Below are positions 1 through 10,900 of a DNA stretch of 64,000 nt, in pieces. A program made the translations under genes and the position numbers. The stretch comes from the human T2T-CHM13v2.0 reference genome, Homo sapiens, in the NCBI RefSeq assembly GCF_009914755.1, contig NC_060945.1. One strand, written 5' to 3'. The first letter of the stretch is position 1, and each line of letters opens with the position of its first letter. Under the pieces are notes generated by a model. That model was not told where the DNA came from and did not search any database. It worked only from the letters and a program-made list of their open reading frames with translations.

Positions 1-275
1 GAGATTCAACTTCTTCCTTGTTTAGTCTTGTGGGGGATGTATATGTCCAGGAATTTACCCATTTCTCCTAGATTTTCTAGTTTATTTGCGTAGAGGTGTT
101 TATAACATTCTCTGATGGTAGTTTGTATTTCTATGGGATCAGGGGTGATAGCCCCTTTATCATTTTTTATTGCTTCTCTTTGATTCTTCTCTCTTTTCTT
201 TATTAGTCTTGCTGGCAGTCTATTTTGTTGATCTTTTCAAAAAAATAACTCCTATATTCATTGATTTTTTGAATT
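1..275 (-). mobile_element. L1PA ORF2 fragment (runs off the window edge)
   Basis: Reverse complement matches L1 ORF2 and is homologous to ~49180-49445 of the + strand L1 in this window. Confidence 0.9.
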
Positions 276-279
276 TTTT

Positions 280-1140
280 GTAACATTCAATTTTTCAAAA
301 ATTCTGTTCAGAATTGTTTTTTGGCTTCATAGTTATTTTTAGGAGAATGTTTCATGAGCTTTTGAGAAGATTGTGAGTTTTGTTTTTGTGTAGAGTGTTC
401 TGTATGCATCTGTTGTATCTAATTGCTTTACAGTATTTTCATGTCGTCTGTTTACTTTTTAATATTCTATCTGGCTTTTTTATTAATTACAGAACTGTTG
501 TATTAAAATATTATACTTTTAATATATTGCCGTTTTTGCTTATGTTCTGTCAAGATATTATTGATATATTTAAAAATACTCATGTAAGGTGCATACATAT
601 TTGTGTGAATACATAATTAGATATATACACACAATTATGTAAATGTGTATAATTGTCATAGGTTTCCAGTGAATAAACCCTTTTATTATTTTGTCCTTTG
701 TTTTTCTGACAATTTGATTTCATAATATATTTTATAAACTAAAACAGTTATTTAAAAAGCATTTTGCATACTATAATTGTGACATAGTCTGTCCTCATTT
801 GGTTATGGTTTGCATAATTTTTTGGATGCATCTTGCCACATTTAGTCTGTTTTTGTTACTATAGAGTAAGATGGCTCATATCTGTCATCCTAGCATTTTA
901 GGAGATTGAGGTGGGAGGATCACGTGAAACCAGGAGTTTGAGACCAGCCTGGGAAACAAAGCAATACCAAGTCTCTAAAATAAATAAATAAATAAATTGA
1001 GTCCCTTTAGACAGATGTAGTTAGATTTTCTTTCTTTTTTTTTTTAATTCCTATACTCAATTTATGACTTTTGGTTGAGAAGTTTAGTTTGTGAGTAGTT
1101 ACATAATTTCCTGCATTTGAAGGAATTACTTTTGACACTT
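280..1140 (-). mobile_element. Old L1 (L1M-type) fragments interrupted by an Alu monomer
   Basis: T-rich degenerate L1 antisense phrases, e.g. 'gtgttctgtatgcatctgttg'. Boundaries approximate. Confidence 0.5.
868..997 (+). mobile_element. Alu left monomer / FLAM with (TAAA)n tail
   Basis: 'ggctcat..tgt.atcctagca...gaggtgggaggatcac...ccaggagtttgagaccagcctggg' followed by an A-rich tail. Confidence 0.9.
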
Positions 1141-1721
1141 TGTGGAGTAAAATTTAAATATTAAATTTGAACTCAATTGAATCTGGACTCAAACAATGGT
1201 CACCAAGTCCTGGAACAGGTTGTGTGAGCCCCTTGAGGCTTTCATCCAGCGCTGTTTCGGATAAATCTCTATTTCAATTTATTCCTATATGTTAGTTACT
1301 GAAAAACAACAGACAATCAAAAAAACAAGTTGACCTTTTTCTTTTCCTTGAGCCCAGAAATGAAGGGCCCTCCTGACTGGACGTCATGCCAGATAACTCA
1401 TTACAAAAAGAGCTAGGGTTCCAGACTGTGCCAAAACTTCATGAGATCTCTTCTCATCTGTTCACGGACAAGTGGCCAACTCTGGAGCCCAGTCTGTTGC
1501 TTCGCAGTCTGGTGGTGAATCCTCCATAGTCTGATGAGTGTAAATATATATATCTCTTTTCCCTTCTCTCCGTCCCATTGCAACTTGCTTATTATATCAT
1601 TTGCTTATTATATCTGCATTGCCATTTACGTGGGATACAGTTTGTTTACCCTTAAAGGTATTGTGTGTGTGTGTGTGTGTGTGTGTTTCCTTCTCTCCTT
1701 GAGCATTTCCTGCGCAGAACA
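1141..1721 (+). mobile_element. 5' LTR of HERV-S/HERVL18 (LTR18B-like), containing (TG)n at 1662-1686
   Basis: TG...CA termini ('tgtggag'...'gcagaaca'). Followed 4 nt later by a tRNA-Ser PBS and then an ERVL-type pol. Confidence 0.8.
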
Positions 1722-1725
1722 TTTT

Positions 1726-1743
1726 TGGCTTCACGAACAGGAT
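1726..1743 (+). promoter_or_regulatory. Primer binding site for tRNA-Ser(CGA)
   Basis: TGGCTTCACGAACAGGAT matches TGGCGTCACGAACAGGAT, the complement of the tRNA-Ser(CGA) 3' end, at 17/18. A Ser PBS defines HERV-S. Confidence 0.85.
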
Positions 1744-2204
1744 CCGAAAGCAAAAGCATGCCATTTTTTGGTGCAGGGACCAGACTGGGAGCTCGGGGAC
1801 TTTCCATATCTTCAGATAGGAACTCCCCTAGTTCTTCCCCTTGGCCATTCAGTGGTCCAAGGGAGCTGGCGTTTGTGAAAATAGGCAATCTAAGTTAGTG
1901 CATTTTGAATCATTGGCTGTGTGTGAGGAGGTGCAGGGAATCCCAGTTGGTAAATGGGATGCTGAGAGAATTTCCCGGCATGGATGGTGCTTGCTTACTG
2001 CTTATAAGTTAATGTGTCAAGATAGGAATCAGCTGCTACAACAGAAATGTAAGCCAGAAAAGAAAATGCTAATCTGACTTCCAGGCTGGCCCTGGCCCAT
2101 GGCCAGGCCTATGTCTTGACTGATCAGCCTCAAAGTTATCAGCCTATTGCTGAAAAAAGCAGCTGCCTGAGTGGCCCAGTCAGGGTAAAACTGAAGAACT
2201 AGTC

Positions 2205-3445
2205 AGCTGGGGCTTGGATCCGGTAAAAACCCAAATCCTATCTCAAGGATGGGAAGTTAACCCTAGTAAAATTCAAGGACCTCCACAAACTGTAAAGTTC
2301 CTTGGCAACCTATGGAATGCAGGGAAACAGTCCATTTTACCAAAGGCTAAGGCTAAAATACTAGAATTTGCAGCCCTACCACTGAAAAGGAGGTCCAAAA
2401 TTGTATTGGTTTGTTTGGATTCTGGAGACATCATATTCCCCATTTGGGTAACATTTTACAACCTCTGCATGCGGTCACTAGAAAACGCTATGACTTTCAC
2501 TGAAGACAGAAAGTGAGCGTGGCTTTTCAACCAGCCAAACAAGCAGAGCAACAGTATGGCCCTTACAGGATGGGCCAGTAGAACTGCAAGTAACTGTCCT
2601 AGATCAACACGCTCATTTGAGCCTTAGGTAGAAACAAGATGGGAAGAGATACCTTTGGGGTTTTAGACCCAGAAGCTGTCAGAGGCTAGCAAAGCTTATA
2701 CTCTTTGAGAAGCAGCTGTTGACCTGCTACTGGGCTTTACAGGAAACAGAACACCTTTGTCTTAATCATGATGTTTTTATGAGGCCCCAAATTCCTAATA
2801 TGACTTGGGTCATGAACTCCCTCAAACCTCATTGGATAGGGTACACTCAAGAAAGTAAATGGAAATGGCACATACAAGACCAGGCTAAGCCGGAACCAAA
2901 ACAGGTATCATTTTTAAATGAGGATGTGCAAAACTTGCCAGCTCAGCAAACCACTGAGCAAGTCCTGCAGATAAGGAAGGAAACCTCCCCTGCCCAATGG
3001 GGCAAATCCTTTAAAGAACCAAGCCCAGACGATCAGAGACATGCTTGGTTTGCTGATGATTCCACCAAATATATTGATGGGACCCGATGCTGGGAGGCCG
3101 TGGCTTACAATCCTGTTAAAAACATAAGCATTTCTGAGGAAGGGAGGGGTGTTAGCAGCCAGCTGGCTGAACTAGAATCTGTTCTCTGAACTATTCAGGA
3201 GGAGGCCAGAGGGATTGGTTACTTGTATACCTACTCTTGCTTAGCAGAAAATGGTCTTACTACCTAGTTGCCCGAATGGCAATGAAACAAATGGTGAATT
3301 ACGAATAAAGAGGTTTGGAGAAAACAATACTAGGAAGATATCTGAATCCTGGTGCACACTACCATTATTGCTGTTTTCCAGATTGATGCTCGTACATCTC
3401 TGCTTTCTCTTGACAGACTATTCCATCAGCAGGTAGATCAACAGG
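2205..3445 (+). pseudogene. Disrupted class III (ERVL-like) pol: RT C-terminus, connection and RNase H
   Basis: ORF 2214..2516 'GWEVNPSKIQGPPQTVKFLG' is the ERVL RT end motif. ORF 2719..3189 has 'CYWALQETE', 'AWFADDS' and 'SSQLAEL' (RNase H). Frameshifts and stops throughout. Confidence 0.88.
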
Positions 3446-6054
3446 TGTGAGATTCGGAACCTTAACATTGGGCTGTGTTCATGTGAAAAGATGACAATTT
3501 TTGCTCTTGGCTCAGTGTACATATGAGTATCACAATCTCACCTTTGTTCTGGGCCCTAGCAGGACACTCTCTTCACCATATGAAGCCTTTATAGAGTATG
3601 CATGAGTGTAACAATTCTCTCTGAAACCTTAAGCAGGCACGGACCCCTCCTTGTACCTTTAGCTTTAAGCCCTGGTATGACAGTCAACATCTTTCTACTT
3701 GGATGGGTCCAAATAAGAGTTCTTAACTGCCTATGAGCTGCGTTTAAAAATGAGTCACCATCCCACCTGTGGCTGGATGTTCACATATGAAAGTCAGAAT
3801 CCCAGTTGTGGACTATGTCTGCATGTGTAATTCAGGACCTCAAGAGTGGGCTCTCTCCACATGTGATAGAGACCATCCTGAATATTGGTGTGGTGTGAAT
3901 CTGAGAAGTATAATCTCACCAGTGTGCTGAGCCCTTTGGTGACAATTTCTCTACCATAGTTTACACAATATGCAAGACAGTGGTACTCCTCCGTGTGACG
4001 TATCACTGGGTCTTGCACACAGGTAATGTGAGTCTCCTCTCCTGCCTTGGAATGCTCACAGGAGGCATTGGGACATACCACTGAACCTGATATTCAGGTT
4101 ATGTGCCTGTCTTTCCTGTGCTCTGTCCATGGGCGTTTGTGACATATTTTTGGGTCCAAAACACAGGCAACATAGCTCTCCTGTCTGGATCCTGCCTAGA
4201 GAGGGCATGGTGGCGTATCCCTGCACCAGCCACCAGATGATGTAACTCTATCTTCTGTCTAGTCCCTGCTTACAGGGTGAATTTTGACTTATCGCTAGGC
4301 GCAGCATTTAGCTAATATGACTCTTCCCTTTTTTCAGGTTCTGCCCACGGGGAAGATTGTGACATATAGATGGGTAAAACACCAAAATGATTTTACTCTT
4401 TTGTCTTTGTTCTGTCCTTAGAAGGCATTGGGACATATTGCTGAACCAGCACCAAGGTAATGTAAGGGTCCTACCTGAACCCTGCCCACAGGGAGCATAG
4501 TGACATATCTCTGAGCCCATGAACTATTTGATGTGGCTCTATTCTCTTACCTGGACTTTGCCCATGAGAAAGACTGTGACGTATTTCTTGGTCCAGTGCT
4601 TAGGTAATGTGATTCTCCTCTCCAGCCTGAGGCATGCCCACAGAAGTAAGAGTGACATCTCTGGGCCTAGCCCACAGGTGATGTGACTCTTATCCCTTGT
4701 TTCTGCCCAGGGGAGTCATTGTGATGTATATCTGAGACCATTATAAGAATGATGTGACTCTCCTGTTCTTACTGTGACCTGTCCACAGTGGGGATGATGA
4801 TGTATCACTTAGGCCAGCACATATGTGGTGAGATTCTTCTCATGCCTGTGCCCTGCCCCCTGGGCTAATTGTGACATATAACTGGGCCCCTCCCCTAGGT
4901 TATGCAACATATCCCTGTGATAACACTCTTTGTACCATTTAAGGGCTTTATATAATATAAGAGAGAGTGGTATTCCTCTAAGACCCTCATACAAAGAGAA
5001 GATTTAAGACCTACCGATTTTCCAAAGCCTAACTAGGAGAAACAGCATTTCTCTTAGTGGCAGGTTTGAGGTATGAGAGTCATTATTACACCTGTGAGCT
5101 GGCCAAGATATATGTTTCAATCTCTCCTGTGGGTAGGGAGTGAGCAGGAGAGTCGCATCACCTGGATGCTTGGCCAGAGATCTGTCAATATCTCCCCTGA
5201 TGGCAGGGACCAGGTAGGAGAGTCACATACCTAAGGCTGGGCCAGGGATATGTAACAATCTTTTATGAGGTCGGAGGCTAGGAAGGGAGTCCCATCACTT
5301 GTGTGCTCACCCGGGATATGTTACAATCCCTTCCTGAAATCAGAGTACAAGCAGCAGAGTCAAATCACCTGAATATTGAGCTCAGTGATATGTCACCACA
5401 CTCCCTGTGGGTAAAGCCGTGGCAGGAGAGACACATCACCTGATTACTGATTACTAGGCCCAGTGATATGTCAGAATCTTTCCTGTGGGCAAGGTGCAGG
5501 CAGAAAGGAGAGTCACATCATCTGGTGATGGAGGCAGAAATATGTTACAAGGCAGAAATATGCTCTGCCTCCCTGTGGGCAGAGTTCAGGCAGGAGCCCC
5601 CAATCTCCTAGGTGTTAAGTTCAGTGATATGTTACAATGCTCCCTGTGGGCAGCACAAGTCGAGAGAATAGAGCCACATCACCTAAGTTCTAGGTCCAAT
5701 GATATGTCCCAATTTTATTTGTGAGATGGGCTTAAACAGGAGAGTCTACTCACTCAGGTGCTGGACAAATGTGTATGTTTGTCACAATGACACCTGCAGG
5801 AAGTTCTAGACATGGGATGAATCCCGCACATATTCTGGTTTTAGGCATGAGAGTGAACACCTTCTGTATGTTCGATCTAAGTACACAAGTCACTATCTCA
5901 ATAGTGGACTAAATTTGTGCATGGCAGCCCCATTTTCTCTTGCAGACTTTCTCCCCTAATTGAAATCACGGCTTCACAGGTGTGCCGACTCATGATATGA
6001 GAGTCATCAACATATCTGTGACTCTCACATATGAGAGTCAGTTTTTCAACTTTT

Positions 6055-7166
6055 TTTATTGTACTTTAAGTTTTAGGGTACATGTGCATAACGTGCAGGT
6101 TTGTTACATATGTATACATGTGCCATGTTGCTGTGCTGCTCCTATTATCTCCTCATTTACATTAGGTATATCTCCTAATGTTATCCCTTCCCCCTCCCCC
6201 ATCCCACAACAGGCCCCGGTGTGTGATGTTCTCCTTCCCGTGTCCAAGTGTTCTCATTGTTCACTTCCCACCTAGGAGTGAGAACATGCCATGTTTGGTT
6301 TTTTGTTCTTGCGATAGTTTGCTGAGAATGATGATTTCCAGCTTCATCCATGTCCTTACAAAGGACATGAACTCATCATTTTTTATGGTTGCATAGTATT
6401 CCATGGTGTATATGTGCCACATTTTCTTAATCCAATCTATGATTATTGGACATTTGGGTTGGTTCCAAGTCTTTGCTATTGTGAATAATGCCACAATGAA
6501 CACACGTGTGCATGTGTCTTTATAGCAGCACAGCATGGTACTGGTACCAAATCAGAGTACGTGGTACTGGTACCAAATGGAGCAGAACAGAGCCCTCAGA
6601 AATAGTGCCACACATCTGCAACTATCTGATCTTTGACAAACCTGACAAAAACAAGAAATGGGGAAAGGATTCCCTATTTAATAAATGGTGCTGGGAAAAC
6701 TGGCTAGCCATATGTAGAAAGCTGAAAATGGATCCCTTCCTTACACGTTACACAAAAATTAATTCAAGATGGATTAAAGACTTAAATGTTAGACCTAAAA
6801 CCATAAAAACCCTAGAATAAAACCTAGGCAATACCATTCAGGACATAGGCATGGGCAAGGACTTCATGTCTAAAACACCAAAAGCAATGGTGACAAAAGC
6901 CACAATTGACAAATGGTATCTAATTAAACTAAAGAGCTTCTGCACAGAAAAAGAAACTACCATCAGAGTGAACAGGCAACCTACAGAATGGTAGAAAATT
7001 TTTTCAATCTACTCATCTGACAAAGGGCTAATACCCAGAATCTACAAAGAACTCAAACAAGTTTATAAGAAAAAAGCAAACAAACCCATCAACAAGTGGG
7101 CGAGGATATGAACAGACAGTTCTCAAAAGAAGATATCTATACAGCCAAAAGACACATAAAAAAGGC
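6055..7166 (-). mobile_element. 5'-truncated, 5'-inverted (twin-primed) L1PA (L1PA3-5-like) with 17-bp TSD
   Basis: 6055-6530 is the antisense L1 3' end and 6531-7166 is sense ORF2. TSD tcagtttttcaactttt at 6038-6054 and 7167-7183. Endonuclease site TTTT/GA. Confidence 0.93.
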
Positions 7167-10086
7167 TCAGTTTTTCAACTTTTGAAACTGCCTTTGGGTA
7201 TGGGATTCAGAGCCTCAAAAGTGAACTATGATCATGTGAAAGAATGACAATCTTTAATGTTGGCTGGGTGTGCCTCCCAATGTCATAATATTACTGTGTG
7301 CTGAGCCCTATTAGGAGTTTCTGTGTTGCACCTGAGGGCTTTATATGGTATGCATGACAGTCTCAATTCTTTCAGAGATTTTCATGCTGGTATGGACCCA
7401 GGATCAAACCTGTGGCCCTAAGCCTATATATGAGTCAACATCTTTACAATTGGTGGGGTCCAGATAAGAGAATCATCACCTTTCTATGCGGTGGGTTTAT
7501 AACGAAGTTCCCATTCCAACTGTGGCCAGATCTTTACATATGAGATTCGCAATACCAACTATAAACTGCATTCATGTGTGAAATTCAGGACCTCACAAGT
7601 GGGTTCTGTTTATATGTGAGGGTGAAAATCATAATGGCCAGGAGGGTGCAGGGTGCGCAGAGGAGTAACAAATTTCACCTGTGTGCTGGGCCCTGTGATA
7701 AGACTCTCTACCACCCGAGGGCTTTCTGTAATATGTGAGAGAGTGGATGATCTTAACGAGGAGACCCAGGGATTTTTTTTTTTTCATTTCCCTAAGTGTC
7801 GGTAGGAGAAGCAGGATCTCTCCTATTGGCTGGTGTGACATATGAAAGTCATCATTGCACCTGTGTGTTGTGTTCCAAGATATAAGTCACAATTACACCT
7901 TCATATAGGAAGAGAGCAGGAGAGTAAAATCAGTTGGACGCTGGGCCAGGGATATGTCTCTTCCCTGAGAACAGGGACCAGGGAACAGAGACACATTACC
8001 TGAATGCTCAGGCATGGGTATGTAGCAATCCACTCCTTAAATTAGGAACCAGGCAGCAGAGTCACATCACCTGGGTGCTGGATCTAGCAATATGTTACAA
8101 TCCTCTCTGTGGTCAGGATGCAGGTAGGAGAGTCACATCTCCTTGGTGATGAATGCAGAAAAACGTCACAAGTTTCTCTGTGCATAAGGTAGAGGAATAA
8201 GCCTTTTATCCCCTAAGTGTTGGGCCCAGGGATATGTCACAATACCCAAAATATGCAAACCCAGGCAAAAGAGAACAGTCACATCACCTTGGTGGTAGGG
8301 TCACTGATATGTCACAATCCCCTCTTTTGGAAGGGCCCAGATAAGAGTGGAGAGTCACATAGCCTAGGCAACGAATAGAAAGGTATGTCATAATACCCCT
8401 GTTGGCAAGACCTATGCAGAAGAGTCACATCACCTATGTGTTCAACCCAGATATATGTTACTGTACACCATGTATGCAGGGCCCAGGCAAGAGAAAAGGC
8501 CACATCACCTCGGTTCTGGGCCCAGCAATATATCACAATACCCCCTAAGAGGAGGTAACAGACAGGAGAGTCACATCACCTAGGTCTGAGGAGCAGAGCT
8601 ATATGGTAATGCCCTGTGTGTGTGCACCCCAAAATAGAGGAGAGTTACATCACCTGAAGACTGTACCCAGCTATGTCACAATGACCCCTGTGGGCAGCAC
8701 CCAGGCATGAGAAGAGAGCACCATCATGTAGGTGCTGTGCCAGGCTGTATTTCACAATCTCCACTATGGATAGGTTTCAGGGAGAAGAGGACCGTCACAT
8801 CATCTAGTTGATGAGTCTGGAGATATGTCAAAATGAACCCTCTGAAGAGACCAGGATGCAGAATCACATGATCTGTGTGCTGGGTCTAGGAATAACCCAT
8901 TCTCCCTTCTGTAAACATGGCCACGCAGAAGATGAGGGTCACATATTTAAGGTGATGAACGCGGAAATATTTCACAAGTCTCCCTGTAGGCAAGACCCAG
9001 ACAGGAGATTCCCTTCCCTCAGTTGTTGGGACCAGAAATACATCACAATGTGGGGCTCAAGCAGAAAAACTAAAGAAACATCACCTATTTTTTGAGCTCA
9101 GAATTAGTCACAATCTCTCCTATAGGCAAAGCCTTTGTTAAAAAAGAAGAGTTTTATCAAATAGTTGATGGGCTCAGAGATATGTCCCAATGCCATATGT
9201 TACAAATTGCTGTACGCAGGCTTCAGGCAGGAGATGGGCCTAATAATGTGTCACAGTGCTTTCTGCTTGCAGGGCAAAGTCAACAGAGTAATGTCACCTC
9301 GAAGTTGGACCCACCAATGTATCACAATCTCCTTCCAAACAAATCCTATAAAACAAAAGAAGAGTAACATGAGGTAGGTGCTGGGCACAGTGATATGTCA
9401 CAATCCTTTCTTTAAGCAGGGACTAGGCAGGAGAAGAAAATCACACCACATGGGTGATGGGCACATAGATATTTCACAATGTCCCCTTAGGCAAAGCTCA
9501 GGAAGGAGAGGTAGATCATCTAGGTTTTGGATGCAACAGTATGTCACAATGGCCATTGTGGCCTGGGCACCGGCAGAAGAGTCACATAACATGGATGTGA
9601 GACCCAGCAATACATCACAACGCCCCGGTGAGTAGCACTAATGCAAGACAGAAAACTTACATTACCTAGGTGCAAGGCCAAGTGATATGTCCCAATGTCC
9701 CCTGTGGGCATCACCAAGGCAGGAGGTAAGAGTCACATAACCTAGGTGCTGGCTTCAGTGATATATCAGAATCCCATCTGTGAGCTGGGCACAGGAAACA
9801 GAGCTAAAATACTCGGGAGCTGGGCAGAGATGTATGTCACAATCCCACCTGCAGAAAGCGACAGGGATGAGATGAACAACTCCACACATGTCCGGATTCC
9901 AGGTATGAGAATTTGCATGTTGGGCCTAAGTACACCAGTCTCAATCTCAACAGTGAACTGGATTCATAAATGTGTCTTCTCTGGCTGACCGCGTCCCCTT
10001 AGGAGAGTTACAGTCTCACAGATGTAATGAATTTTGGTTTGAGAGTCACCCACCTACCTGTGGACAAGATCCATATATGAGAGTCA

Positions 10087-10105
10087 ATTTTCTTTTTTTT
10101 CTTTC

Positions 10106-10165
<60 letters not shown>

Positions 10166-10227
10166 TTTTTCTTTTCTTTCTCCCTTTCTTTTCCTTCCTT
10201 CTTTCTCTTTTTCTTTCTTTCTCTTTT

Positions 10228-10272
<45 letters not shown>

Positions 10273-10300
10273 TTTGCTTTCTTTTTTTTTTTTTCTCCCT
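10087..10300. repeat. (CTTT)n-type microsatellite (expanded Alu poly-A tail)
   Basis: Seen directly; abuts the 3' end of a minus-strand Alu. Confidence 0.95.
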
Positions 10301-10900
10301 TGAGATGGAGTCTCACTCTATTGCCACGCTGGAGTGCAGTGGGACGATCTCGGTTCTCTGCAACCTCTGCCTCCTGGGTTCAAGCGACTCTCCTGCCTCA
10401 GCTTCCTGAGTAGCTGGGATTGCAGGTACATGCCACCATGCCCAGCTAATTTTTGTATTTTTAGTAGAGATGGGGTTGCCAGGCACAGTGTTCCATGCCC
10501 GTAATCCCAGAACTTTGAGAGGTCGAAGTGGGTGGATCACTTGAAGTCAGGAGTTTGACACCAGTCTAATCAATATGGTGAAACCCCGTCTCTACCAAAA
10601 ATATAAAAATTAACTGGGCATGGTGACATGAGCCTGTAGTCCCAGCTACTCGGGAAGCTGAGACAAGAGAATTGTTTGAACCTGGGAGGCGGAGGTTACA
10701 GTAAGACTAGATGGTGCCACTGCACTCCAGTCTGGGTGACAGAGCAAGATTCTGTCTCAAAATAATAATAATAAATAAATAGTAGAGAGGCGGGGTTTCA
10801 CCACGTTGGCCAGGATGGTCTTGATCTCCTGACCTCGTGATCCACCCGCCTCGGCCTCCCAAAGTGCTGCGATTACAGGCCTGATCCACCGCACCCGGCC
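10301..10900 (-). mobile_element. AluSc-like element split by a nested Alu
   Basis: Right arm at 10301-10477 and left arm at ~10781-10900. Diagnostic 'gatctcctgacctcgtgatcc' and 'ggccaggatggtc'. Confidence 0.88.
10478..10780 (+). mobile_element. AluS (Sx/Sz-like) nested in opposite orientation
   Basis: Full dimer with (AAT)n tail. Imperfect TSD 'agtagaga..ggggtt' on both sides. Confidence 0.9.

Larger units (their letters stand above)
1722..3445 (+). mobile_element. HERV-S (HERVL18) internal region, internally deleted and 3' truncated
   Basis: PBS, short leader/gag remnant, then a jump to pol. Ends abruptly in satellite with no integrase, env or 3' LTR. Confidence 0.8.

Noticed and set aside
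9972-10409. 145-aa hydrophobic ORF and its 102-aa basic antisense ORF
   Set aside because: Translations of (CTTT)n plus Alu. The same applies to 43238..43498.
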